A DNA stretch of 64,000 bases from a virus (Duplodnaviria > Caudoviricetes), in IMG/VR virus record IMGVR_UViG_3300033061_000668, positions 3,303 to 67,302 of that record. One strand, written 5' to 3'. Under the pieces are notes generated by a model, which had not been told where the DNA came from, made no database searches, and was given only the letters and a program-made list of their open reading frames with translations. Below, piece after piece: positions 55,434-63,420 of the stretch. The position numbers and the translations under genes were made by a program. The stretch's first letter is position 1. Every line of letters begins with the position of its first letter.

Positions 55434-55752
55434 TTAATTCAGCCGCCCTATCTTGCGCGATTTCTTGAGTCGCGTCATACAAGGCTTCCTGCGCGGCGTC
55501 AACAAGTTCTTTCGAAGGGTTAGGAACTTCTTCCATCCCTTCGTCTGGATAGATTGCCAAGCTATCGAACTCACATTCCGAGAACTCGCTTTGTTCGACA
55601 ATCCTGCTGTCGTAACCACGCGAACCCCAGAACTCATAAGAACCGACGCCGATATCTTCGGTCTCGGTATTGTGGATGGCTGTGCCAGTTACCGAATACT
55701 TCTTGCCGTCGTATTCGAACTTAACATCATCCTTCTCTACTTCGATTCTCAT
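55426..55752 (-). CDS. Hypothetical acidic protein
   Basis: 108 aa, contains GSYEFWG. Confidence 0.6.
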   Translation of the reverse strand: MRIEVEKDDVKFEYDGKKYSVTGTAIHNTETEDIGVGSYEFWGSRGYDSRIVEQSEFSECEFDSLAIYPDEGMEEVPNPSKELVDAAQEALYDATQEIAQDRAAELSD

Positions 55753-56051
55753 GCGAGTGCCGCGTCCTCGGCGAGCTGTCTCTTCTCTTCACGAATCGCA
55801 TGCATGATTACTTCCGCATCATACAACGCTTTGAGCCTGTCGGTGCGTTTGTATTTCTGACCAGTGATCTGAGATATGATCTCCATACAACGACCCGAGG
55901 TTGCTGTTCGAGTCAACATCATTCCACGATTCAAAGCTTCAAGACCTTGCATCGCTACAAGGAACTGAATAAATGGAACTCCGTTGAGGTTTCCGTCCGT
56001 CCGATCGATCGTCATAACTTTCTCTGTTACCTTTGCTTTTTTCTTTTTCAT
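55749..56051 (-). CDS. Hypothetical protein
   Basis: 100 aa, SD AAGGAG. Confidence 0.6.
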   Translation of the reverse strand: MKKKKAKVTEKVMTIDRTDGNLNGVPFIQFLVAMQGLEALNRGMMLTRTATSGRCMEIISQITGQKYKRTDRLKALYDAEVIMHAIREEKRQLAEDAALA

Positions 56052-56061
56052 TGGTTACTCC

Positions 56062-56274
56062 TTATGTAATGATTGCGCGGTTGTCTTGAATGACGATGCT
56101 ACGGGCATCGCCCCATACAACTGCTAGTGGTTGCTTCTTGCGTTTTCGATCGTGTGTAGCCACACGACAGTCAAAGCCTTTGATGGGGACGCACTGGTTC
56201 TGGTAGTGGATTGTCCACCAGACATCTTTGCGTCGTTGCGTCAAAGGTTTGTTGAAGTGGTAGAAGAATCTCAT
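56062..56274 (-). CDS. Hypothetical protein
   Basis: Start at ATG 56274 (MRFFYHFNKP), ATGA-coupled. Confidence 0.55.
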   Translation of the reverse strand: MRFFYHFNKPLTQRRKDVWWTIHYQNQCVPIKGFDCRVATHDRKRKKQPLAVVWGDARSIVIQDNRAIIT

Positions 56275-56486
56275 AATCTTTCCCACTCTCCCCAACCAAG
56301 CTCTTCGGATGTTGTTTCTGGACAAGAACCGTCTGATACTTTCCTGAGCCAACGCCTAGCTTTTGTTTCTTGACCTTCATGCTTTGCAGTGTCTAAGTCA
56401 ACAACAAGAACATCGACTCCCCTGGGAAGTCTGTACCCATGTACGAGTCCTTGTTCGACTGTTATAAGTAATGGTTTCTTTTTCAT
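56271..56486 (-). CDS. Hypothetical protein
   Basis: 71 aa, coupled. Confidence 0.55.
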   Translation of the reverse strand: MKKKPLLITVEQGLVHGYRLPRGVDVLVVDLDTAKHEGQETKARRWLRKVSDGSCPETTSEELGWGEWERL

Positions 56487-56746
56487 TTTTTTCTCCTTTT
56501 TAACTTTCTCCTATGTTTAGCAGTTGCCTTATCGACTATTAACACCGAAGACCAAGGCAGGGTCGTGTGCCCGCACTTGTCGCACTTGTGCAACAAGAGA
56601 TTGGGAATCCGTTCGCCAGCTACCTTGTAGACCTCTCTAACCTTTCGATACTTGCCTTTGCATTTGGGAGCGTTGTCTTCTAAGAAGTAACGAGCGCATT
56701 TATTCTGTAACCCCATATGTCCTCCTTTAATCCACCATATGATCAT
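56483..56746 (-). CDS. YgiT/MqsA-type zinc-ribbon protein
   Basis: C...C.G.Y...IPNL...KCDKCG. Confidence 0.5.
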   Translation of the reverse strand: MIIWWIKGGHMGLQNKCARYFLEDNAPKCKGKYRKVREVYKVAGERIPNLLLHKCDKCGHTTLPWSSVLIVDKATAKHRRKLKRRKK

Positions 56747-56936
56747 AAATCAGATCATAAAAAAGATTGGGATGATTTTCTTTTAACGCATCAAGATCCT
56801 CGTCACTCATCTTAGTGCCATCCTTATACTGGCCAGCACTAAAGAATGCATCGCAGAAGTCTGGAGCGTCTCTGCCATCAATACCTTCGAGCTCAAGTGA
56901 GCTCGTGTCGACAACCCGTCCGTTCAGCATTATCAT
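56727..56936 (-). CDS. Conserved acidic phage protein
   Basis: GID..DAPDFCDAF...G...SDEDLDAL; start at ATG 56936. Confidence 0.6.
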   Translation of the reverse strand: MIMLNGRVVDTSSLELEGIDGRDAPDFCDAFFSAGQYKDGTKMSDEDLDALKENHPNLFYDLIYDHMVD

Positions 56937-57181
56937 ATAGCTTCCTCCACTGGTTTGATTTGGTAGCCATATGCCCAATGCCCATTGTCCAAATCGAAAA
57001 CGCAGTTCTCGATAATGGTTGTAGGCACCCAAGGCACAAGGAGTCCGTTTTCTTTCTGGCCTGGACGGACGAGTTCAATCCGATGAACCTTCGCCTTCTC
57101 CCAGCCATCGTTGCCAAAGCTTCCGCGCCACCACACGGTGTCGCCTTGCCTAATCTCTTGAGGTGTCAGCTTGGTAGTCAT
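56933..57181 (-). CDS. Hypothetical SH3/KOW-like protein
   Basis: IRQGDTVWWRG...KAKVHRI. Confidence 0.55.
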   Translation of the reverse strand: MTTKLTPQEIRQGDTVWWRGSFGNDGWEKAKVHRIELVRPGQKENGLLVPWVPTTIIENCVFDLDNGHWAYGYQIKPVEEAI

Positions 57182-57513
57182 CGCATCATCTCCTCGATGA
57201 ACATCGGGGTATACTCGCCAACATAAGCCCAGCGGGTATTGAAGTGGAAGTATTCTTCAGCTTCATCCCAGCTCCACTTGTTGTCGAGTTGAAGTGTGTG
57301 GATGCAGGAAAAGATTCCATACACCGCCACTTGTGTTCCGTGTTGTCCATCTCGATAGGAAAGCCCAAGGAAAGCTTTGTCCAAGCCATCGAGTAGGATG
57401 ATGTTTTCCTTGTGGTCTTCATCAGCGTAGATGTCGATGAAGTCGAGTATCTTGAGCCTTCCAGCTTGGTCTTTGGTCAGCTTCGTCTTACTAGATTTCG
57501 TCTTGGTAGCCAT
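57178..57513 (-). CDS. Conserved phage protein
   Basis: DGLDKAFLG...AVY...EAEEYFHFN...AYVGEYTPMFI. Confidence 0.65.
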   Translation of the reverse strand: MATKTKSSKTKLTKDQAGRLKILDFIDIYADEDHKENIILLDGLDKAFLGLSYRDGQHGTQVAVYGIFSCIHTLQLDNKWSWDEAEEYFHFNTRWAYVGEYTPMFIEEMMR

Positions 57514-57877
57514 TGGATTCCTTTCTCATAAGGGCATCGACTTTGGCTTCGATGGCCTTGATGGTTCCGACAAACGCGTCAAGTTCAGATTTCTTCAGGA
57601 CTCCAGAGTTGAAATGATAATACATTTCATCACTGGCAACTCTTCCTTGGCTTGTGTATTCAAACACAGGGCCGACGTGACACACTGCTCTGTAACCTTT
57701 GGGGTTAGAGTAGTAGAACGCATAAGCTCCGCCCTCTGACAAGGTGGGAACTCTGTTTGTTCTGATGGTCACCTTCCCTTTCGGGAAGTTGCCAGTTGAT
57801 GTTCGGTCGATGGGGTCCAGCCCTAGCCTGCGCTGGAGCGTCCCCTTTTCAGCTACGACTTCTATTGGGTAACTCAT
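57491..57877 (-). CDS. Hypothetical protein
   Basis: 128 aa, SD AAAGGA. Confidence 0.55.
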   Translation of the reverse strand: MSYPIEVVAEKGTLQRRLGLDPIDRTSTGNFPKGKVTIRTNRVPTLSEGGAYAFYYSNPKGYRAVCHVGPVFEYTSQGRVASDEMYYHFNSGVLKKSELDAFVGTIKAIEAKVDALMRKESNGYQDEI

Positions 57878-58041
57878 TTGGTTTCCTTTCTATAGTTTTC
57901 GACTAATTGTTTGATAGGTTCGTGGTCAATGTAACTTAAGAGATCTTCAACCAATTCATGCGTCGATTGGCCGTAAAACCTCTCATATACAAACTCGCAC
58001 TCTGCTTCCGTGCAAGTATCTAAGTATTTGTCAGCCTTCAT
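57874..58041 (-). CDS. Hypothetical protein (55 aa)
   Basis: MKADKYLDTCTEAECEFVYERFY; ATGA-coupled both sides. Confidence 0.5.
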   Translation of the reverse strand: MKADKYLDTCTEAECEFVYERFYGQSTHELVEDLLSYIDHEPIKQLVENYRKETK

Positions 58042-58223
58042 TTGCCCAACTTGATCATCAGCGTACCGATGACAAGCTCCAAGTAAATGATTGCCGATGT
58101 CGCCCCGCGGTAGAATTCAAAGCCAAGAGGCCGAAACTCCACGTTAGCCACGATGGCGTTGTTGAATCTGTTTGCGAAGAAGTGGAAACGCATCCACCCC
58201 CAACCAAGCTTAACTTTAATCAT
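58038..58223 (-). CDS. Hypothetical protein
   Basis: Start at ATG 58223. Confidence 0.45.
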   Translation of the reverse strand: MIKVKLGWGWMRFHFFANRFNNAIVANVEFRPLGFEFYRGATSAIIYLELVIGTLMIKLGK

Positions 58224-58563
58224 TTTCGTTCTCCTCATTGTTGATTGTTTCTTCGATGTCGATTCCCTGCTCTTTCTTGCGAGCACGGAACAACCAGTCA
58301 CCAGTCCACGAGCGGATAACCGCAAGCAAACGGCGGAAGGTTGGGAAACGCCACGGGCGTTCCAGCTCACCCAAAGGCAAGCTGACCCAGCGGGCGTCAC
58401 CGACTTTCACATTCAGTTCCTTCGGCACCATCGTGTCATCGGTGTAGATGTCGCCAGCTACCTCGACCACGCCAGTGTTCAAGCGGAACTTCCGCCCAAG
58501 ATTGTGACCTTTCAAGATCTCAATCATTTGGGCATCGACCCAAAGCTTATCCCCAGGTTTCAA
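58216..58563 (-). CDS. Hypothetical protein
   Basis: 115 aa, TTG start overlapping upstream stop. Confidence 0.5.
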   Translation of the reverse strand: MKPGDKLWVDAQMIEILKGHNLGRKFRLNTGVVEVAGDIYTDDTMVPKELNVKVGDARWVSLPLGELERPWRFPTFRRLLAVIRSWTGDWLFRARKKEQGIDIEETINNEENEND

Positions 58564-58700
58564 CTGATTTCCTCCAACGCCATCTTAAGAAGGCGGTTGA
58601 TTAGAATCACAGCCGCCACAATGGAAGCTGGGATAATTAGGAATGCACAGACGAGTTGGATGATGATCGTCATCACCTCAAAGAACTCCGCCCAACTCAC
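58560..58700 (-). CDS. Small membrane peptide (46 aa)
   Basis: MSWAEFFEVMTIIIQLVCAFLIIPASIVAAVILIN. Confidence 0.45.
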   Translation of the reverse strand: MSWAEFFEVMTIIIQLVCAFLIIPASIVAAVILINRLLKMALEEIS

Positions 58701-58930
58701 GAGACCACCTCGAAGTTTAGGCGCGTTCCAAACACGCGGTTGTTGTGGTGAAGCTTGGTCAAAGCTTCCGCACGGGTTTGATGCACATCACGCACCGCGT
58801 CCGCTTCGGTCAAGCCCTCACCAGTCCAGCCATCAATGCTGGCCATATAATAACGGCCGTTCAGACTTCCGTCCGATGACACGCCGTGTTTCACTTCAAT
58901 GACTATCTTACCTTCGTTATTCAGTTTCAT
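58697..58930 (-). CDS. Hypothetical protein
   Basis: 77 aa. Confidence 0.55.
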   Translation of the reverse strand: MKLNNEGKIVIEVKHGVSSDGSLNGRYYMASIDGWTGEGLTEADAVRDVHQTRAEALTKLHHNNRVFGTRLNFEVVS

Positions 58931-58961
58931 ATTTACTGATTCTTTCTTGGTTAGTGTTACT

Positions 58962-59024
58962 TTTGTTTCCAGCCTATCGGCCAGACTTGTGCCCCCGTGC
59001 TAGGGGGGCACTCTGTCTATCCGC
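58962..59024 (-). ncRNA. Repeated structured element, copy 2
   Basis: 25/26-nt identity to copy 1 (58962-58987 vs 55366-55391); different but paired inner hairpin GTGCCCCC/GGGGGCAC. Confidence 0.55.
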
Positions 59025-59101
59025 CTAGTTCTTTCCGTGCCAAAGCGTTGGTGATGGGGTTTGGTAAGCTAACCAAATCCACAACTTAATTCGCTCGACA
59101 C

Positions 59102-59386
59102 TCATCCGCACATAACCCAAGCAAGCCCAAGCTTCTTGGTTACCTTGTTGCGTTGGTAAGCTTGGTCGGGAGTCATCATCGCTTTCTTGATGATGCTCCG
59201 ATGAATATCAGTCAACGCATACTGATACTCCAAGCCTTCTTTCCGCTTGATCGCGATAGTGGCTCGGCTCTGGCGGTTCGCCATCTTGACGTTCCTTTGC
59301 CAGTCTTTCTTATTGAGTCTGCGACCATAGTAAGCTTGGCTTGCATTGGTCATGATATACTTGGGGTCGATAGATCTACCGATCAT
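59102..59386 (-). CDS. Hypothetical basic protein
   Basis: 94 aa. Confidence 0.55.
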   Translation of the reverse strand: MIGRSIDPKYIMTNASQAYYGRRLNKKDWQRNVKMANRQSRATIAIKRKEGLEYQYALTDIHRSIIKKAMMTPDQAYQRNKVTKKLGLAWVMCG

Positions 59387-59748
59387 ATGTCACGCCCTCC
59401 GCTTTGAGTGATGACCATCTTCCACTGACCCATCTTTGAGATGTAAGCTCTGCGTCTGAACATCTGTCCAGGTGCCTCGCAGTCATCCCTGTCCACATCA
59501 ATCCAGCTCGCATAGTCCAGCGAGTGAACGAACGTAGAGTCATAGTGGTTGGGTAATGGCATCTCGGATTCGAAGACATACCAGTGAGTCCAGCTATCGT
59601 CCGAGGGTAGCTTGGAGACATCAATCGCCCGCTTGCCGACATACTCCGACATAGGGTGGTGGTTTCGGACTCCTCCTTTCACCAGCTTGCCGTAGTACTC
59701 GACTCCGTTGAGCTGGATGTAGGCGATTATTGGTAGGGGCACGCTCAT
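59383..59748 (-). CDS. Hypothetical protein
   Basis: Start at ATG 59748, coupled. Confidence 0.55.
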   Translation of the reverse strand: MSVPLPIIAYIQLNGVEYYGKLVKGGVRNHHPMSEYVGKRAIDVSKLPSDDSWTHWYVFESEMPLPNHYDSTFVHSLDYASWIDVDRDDCEAPGQMFRRRAYISKMGQWKMVITQSGGRDI

Positions 59749-59948
59749 TTGTTTACCTCTCCGTAGCCATCGCATTCCTCGCAGTGCGAGGCCATGCCGT
59801 TAGGCCATACATTGTTCCAATCCAAGCCCGTGCCCTTGCAAACAGGGCAGGCAGTCTTGGTTGGGTCTGCACCTTCCGCTGTGCCAGCGGCGAAAGCTCC
59901 GAACTGCTCGGGACTCCAGCGGGTCTGGCCGTTGATTTCGTGACTCAT
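59745..59948 (-). CDS. Small zinc-ribbon protein (DnaJ-type CxxCxGxG)
   Basis: CPVCKGTG...CEECDGYG. Confidence 0.6.
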   Translation of the reverse strand: MSHEINGQTRWSPEQFGAFAAGTAEGADPTKTACPVCKGTGLDWNNVWPNGMASHCEECDGYGEVNK

Positions 59949-60163
59949 ACGGTTTCCTCCCCGAACTCGAAGGTGAAGGTGGAGTTGCCGTGCAGGTGCT
60001 GGACGTTAATCCAGTGGTCACCACAGGTGAACCGCCGTGTCCCTCCGCGGGTCAGCTCACGCAGGAACTCGCCGATGGGCGTGTTCTCGGAAGCTTCCCA
60101 GTTAAGGACGCTGACCCTGTCTTTGGCCGTGTCCACGGCCATTATCGTATTCGTGATACTCAT
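59945..60163 (-). CDS. Hypothetical protein
   Basis: 72 aa, SD AAGGAG. Confidence 0.55.
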   Translation of the reverse strand: MSITNTIMAVDTAKDRVSVLNWEASENTPIGEFLRELTRGGTRRFTCGDHWINVQHLHGNSTFTFEFGEETV

Positions 60164-60184
60164 TTGGTTTCTGTCTCCTTTTGG

Positions 60185-60436
60185 TTATTGCGAGCGACCG
60201 CCATTGTCCAGCACATTCCGAAGTGCCGAACGCTGACCGACCCTGCGCGAAATTCGTTTGTAGTCTGCATAGCTATCGGGACTCATCACATTGATTGCCC
60301 CGCCCGTCTTGTCTGAGTAGACCATTGCACCCTTGACCTTGAGTTCGGGGTGCAGGAATGCACAGCCCTTGCACTTGGTAAAGCCAAGGTTGAACCGCTC
60401 CATCTCAATCGAATCGTCACAGATAACGCAGTTCAT
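60185..60436 (-). CDS. TraR/DksA C4-type zinc-finger-like protein
   Basis: CVICDDSIEMERF...TKCKGC. Confidence 0.55.
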   Translation of the reverse strand: MNCVICDDSIEMERFNLGFTKCKGCAFLHPELKVKGAMVYSDKTGGAINVMSPDSYADYKRISRRVGQRSALRNVLDNGGRSQ

Positions 60437-60924
60437 ACATCGTGCCTTGCTTGCCAGAGTAGAGCCAGCTTACGGCGGTAGACCGCCCGAACCGACTCGA
60501 CTGGAGTCTTGCCAAACCTGATCTTTCTGACCAGCCCACGGATAACATCATTGATGGGTTTGGCCTTGGGCTTACGACTAAAGGCATATAGTTTCCACTG
60601 GTCGGGTTTACCACCAGACCGAATCTCGGCCAGATATCCAGGGTTCTTCATCGTGTCCAGCTTGTGGGTATAAGGGGTGTCGGTATGAAAGCCGAGGGCT
60701 ACCGAAGACTTGCCAGACAACTTGCGGCAAGGGGCAGTCACCCCATCGATGGTGAGAGTCCTGTTCCTTCTTACTGGCTTACGGCGGGCTTGCGGGATAT
60801 GGGGCTTCTGGATATCCATCTGTAAGTCCTCCCATCGTTCAGCTCCGCTCATCGGGTCATGCACATCGCGTGCACGGGCTTGTTTACGCAGGAGTCCGAA
60901 GTCCTGCAAGTATGTGTTACTCAT
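60433..60924 (-). CDS. Hypothetical basic protein
   Basis: 163 aa, SD AAGGAG. Confidence 0.55.
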   Translation of the reverse strand: MSNTYLQDFGLLRKQARARDVHDPMSGAERWEDLQMDIQKPHIPQARRKPVRRNRTLTIDGVTAPCRKLSGKSSVALGFHTDTPYTHKLDTMKNPGYLAEIRSGGKPDQWKLYAFSRKPKAKPINDVIRGLVRKIRFGKTPVESVRAVYRRKLALLWQARHDV

Positions 60925-60983
60925 TGGTAGTTACTCCTTGGGTTAGGGTTGGTGCATCCTCGAATCGAGGAATCATTGATGCC

Positions 60984-61012
60984 TTGACCTTATGCACAAT
61001 GCTAGATAAGCT
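60984..61012 (+). promoter_or_regulatory. Promoter TTGACC-N17-TAAGCT (leaderless)
   Basis: 6 nt upstream of ATG 61019. Confidence 0.6.
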
Positions 61013-61018
61013 AGCCTT

Positions 61019-61483
61019 ATGCCTAAAGCCTTGGCTATAGACTGGAAAGCAGTTGAACGAGACTTCGTTGGAGGTAAGACTCGAAGCTTCATTGCATCGA
61101 CGTATGGGTTGAACCTCAACACCTTGGACAGTCATGCAAGGAGATGCAAGTGGGCTGAAAGGAAACAGTCCAATCTTGCCAAGTTGAGCACGCAGTTCGA
61201 TAGACAAGTAGTGCAGACTGCTACTGATAAGCAGGCTCGATATCTGTCGCGTATCACCAATCAAGTAGACCACAGCTTGGACGTCCTCGAATCCGAGATG
61301 CCTAGCTCCCGCAAAGAATTGAAAGATCATATTGAAGTCCTCGAGAAAGTTGATCGTATAGCTCGTCCCACATTGGGCTTGGCTTCGCAGAATCAAGGAA
61401 GCAGTGGCAAGACAATCGTTAACCTCGCTGTCCTTCGAACCGATGAGCCAGCAGCCCCCAAACCCGTAATCGATATTTCCTAG
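61019..61483 (+). CDS. Putative terminase small subunit (HTH)
   Basis: IDWKAVERDFVGG.TRSFIASTYGL..NTL...RCKW N-terminal HTH plus helical oligomerisation region. Confidence 0.55.
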   Translation: MPKALAIDWKAVERDFVGGKTRSFIASTYGLNLNTLDSHARRCKWAERKQSNLAKLSTQFDRQVVQTATDKQARYLSRITNQVDHSLDVLESEMPSSRKELKDHIEVLEKVDRIARPTLGLASQNQGSSGKTIVNLAVLRTDEPAAPKPVIDIS

Positions 61484-61545
61484 AATCATTGATTCGTGGA
61501 TAGCTCGGTGGTTAATCATAATAATGTTATTGCTTGGTAAAGGAA

Positions 61546-61575
61546 GGGAGGGGGTTTCCCCCCTCCCCCCTTTAT
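61546..61575. terminator. Probable bidirectional terminator
   Basis: GGGAGGGGG/CCCCCTCCC stem between convergent genes with T-rich flanks on both strands. Confidence 0.55.
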
Positions 61576-61581
61576 CTCTAA

Positions 61582-62052
61582 TTACTCAGCGGAATCGGCA
61601 ATGATGTCATCGATTTGTTCGGCTGTGTATTTGGGAGTGCCATCGGCTTTCGTCTTGGCTTTCAGTTTCGCACGCTGTGCTGAGTGCTGGTCATTCTCCT
61701 TCACTTCGAAGTAGATTTTCCCCTTCGCCTTGTCATAAAAGGCTCTGTCCATCGCCAGCGTTCCTTTAATGACTCCCTCGTGGGATTTGTGGAGGAGTTC
61801 CGCCCCCATCTTATTGAATGATGCCTTGGCTTCTAGGAATCCGAGGGTGGCTTCCCTGCCCTTCAATCCCGTCACTTTCTTAAAGGCGGTATTGCCCGCC
61901 ATCCTGCCCGTATCCGTCACAAGGAGATTCTGCTCCTCGCTCCAATTTACGAACCGAGCCTTAGTTACCCTTCCCGTTGTGGCGTTCGCTTTTTCTTCTG
62001 TAACTTGGTGGCGAGTCATCGCCAACCCTTCTGCTATGTTTGCTAGTTTCAT
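61582..62052 (-). CDS. Hypothetical protein (first gene of leftward early block)
   Basis: 156 aa, preceded by AAAGGACACA. Confidence 0.6.
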   Translation of the reverse strand: MKLANIAEGLAMTRHQVTEEKANATTGRVTKARFVNWSEEQNLLVTDTGRMAGNTAFKKVTGLKGREATLGFLEAKASFNKMGAELLHKSHEGVIKGTLAMDRAFYDKAKGKIYFEVKENDQHSAQRAKLKAKTKADGTPKYTAEQIDDIIADSAE

Positions 62053-62078
62053 ATGTTTAGTTTTTCCTTGTGTCCTTT

Positions 62079-62159
62079 CCCTTCCCCCCTCCCCCTATCG
62101 GGTTCGTGTGGGGTAGAATCGGACAACCCCTATACGCACCCCCCTCCCCCCTCCCCCCC
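62079..62159 (-). other. G-tract cluster (G-quadruplex-forming potential)
   Basis: Minus strand G7-A-G6-A-G6-TGCGTATA-G4 (62159-62127) and G5-A-G6-AA-G3 (62095-62079), followed on the plus strand by an AT-rich stretch. Confidence 0.6.
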
Positions 62160-62201
62160 GTGGGAAATTTGTAAACGTTACACCTACTTTAAAAATTTAT
62201 T

Positions 62202-62942
62202 TTATTTTTTAGTTTTTTCAGCTTCTTCCTTAAGGAAGTTTAAGTAATGCGACATGCTGCCGCGGTAGGTAAATGATCCGTCGTGGCCAAGGTCAATATT
62301 GGTATCAAGCATAATCTTGTAACCGCGCTCGCGAAGCTTGGTGCAGAAGTAAAAGTCTTCCGAGAGCATCTCGCCGTTCTTGATACCGCACTGAAACAAA
62401 TTCTTAACTTCAATCTGGTCGACGTTTAATTCGGGCTGGGTCACCTTCTCGGTATAAAACTCAGGCTCGTGGTCCATCAAGTCCTGCATGGCTTTCTTAG
62501 ATACGCGAAGGAATCCGGTACCAGTTGCCTCAACTTCAATGAGCCCGCGTTCGTCGGGAGTCTCGTTACCCTTAATCATCTTGATCGTAAAGTGACAGGA
62601 GTTGTGAATCTTCTTACGGTAAGTTCCGCAGACCACGTCTTCATCATGCAATACAAGCTTGAGCAGATCCTCGGGCTCCCAGGAAATGTCGGCGTCAATC
62701 CAAACAATACTTTCCCAATCATTCTTATCGTTGCGGAAAATGTCGGACACAATCTTGTTGCGGGCCATCGGAATCAAAGAATGGTTGGACAGAAAGGTAA
62801 CGTGGAGTTTCAAGCCATGGCTTTGGAACAAAGCGCTGGACCGAACAAGCGAGTTGACGTAGTTAACAGAAACATTTCCGCCATAACAAGGCGTGGCAAC
62901 TACGATTCCATTTGTATTGCGGGGTTTGTGTTTCTTGCTCAT
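62202..62942 (-). CDS. GT-A fold glycosyltransferase
   Basis: VATPCYGG, SLIPMARN, WIDAD (DxD), GTGFL, LSEDFYFC, LGHDG. Confidence 0.8.
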   Translation of the reverse strand: MSKKHKPRNTNGIVVATPCYGGNVSVNYVNSLVRSSALFQSHGLKLHVTFLSNHSLIPMARNKIVSDIFRNDKNDWESIVWIDADISWEPEDLLKLVLHDEDVVCGTYRKKIHNSCHFTIKMIKGNETPDERGLIEVEATGTGFLRVSKKAMQDLMDHEPEFYTEKVTQPELNVDQIEVKNLFQCGIKNGEMLSEDFYFCTKLRERGYKIMLDTNIDLGHDGSFTYRGSMSHYLNFLKEEAEKTKK

Positions 62943-63121
62943 TTGCGTCTCCTCTTTGATTTGTACTCATTGCTGATTCCAGTGGGTGGTACTTTCCACT
63001 TACCAAAGTTTGAAGTCGAACCGTAATGGAACACAGGGGCATGGTGCGTAGATCGATAAGCGCTGATTCGAAGGTTGAAGATGTAGCCAAATAGTCTGAA
63101 GTTAAGTCCAATTGATTTCAT
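62939..63121 (-). CDS. Hypothetical protein
   Basis: GGAGG upstream of ATG 63121; coupled to glycosyltransferase. Confidence 0.45.
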   Translation of the reverse strand: MKSIGLNFRLFGYIFNLRISAYRSTHHAPVFHYGSTSNFGKWKVPPTGISNEYKSKRRRK

Positions 63122-63228
63122 AGTTTCCTCCTGCACCAACCGCATCGTTTACGGCTTTGGTCATAAACCCAATAGATAAATAGACCAATGAAGATTCCCC
63201 AAAGCATTCGCAGAGTGTCTCAAACACT

Positions 63229-63256
63229 TTGACTTTTGTAAAGGACAAATCATACT
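63229..63256 (+). promoter_or_regulatory. Promoter TTGACT-N16-CATACT
   Basis: No start codon follows; predicted start about 63263. Confidence 0.6.
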
Positions 63257-63262
63257 AGCCTC

Positions 63263-63348
63263 GCTTTGCTGGGTGGGCGTTTTAGCACTTTCCTTGCCCT
63301 TCAGATTAGCCAAAGAGAGAAGTGCGTCAGGCAATCACCAGTCAAAGC
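63263..63348 (+). ncRNA. Putative stand-alone small RNA (about 86 nt)
   Basis: 5' and 3' ends pair (GCUUUG-CUGG / CCAG-U-CAAAGC); inner GCACUU/AAGUGC; 5' end coincides with the predicted start site. Confidence 0.5.
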
Positions 63349-63420
63349 ATCTAAAATAACCAATTTAACCCTAAAGGGCTACGATTTAGGGTGGGGGGGT
63401 GTCGCCGAGAATAGAGGGGA

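Noticed and set aside
58153-58902. 249-aa plus-strand ORF in the early block
   Set aside because: Antisense to a chain of coupled minus-strand genes; no motifs
55366-58987. 26-nt repeat as a CRISPR or mini-array
   Set aside because: Only two copies 3.6 kb apart with whole genes between; the Cas4-like nuclease belongs to the replication module
60917-61519. 200-aa minus-strand ORF opposite the TerS-like gene
   Set aside because: The plus-strand ORF has an HTH motif, promoter and terminator; this one has none
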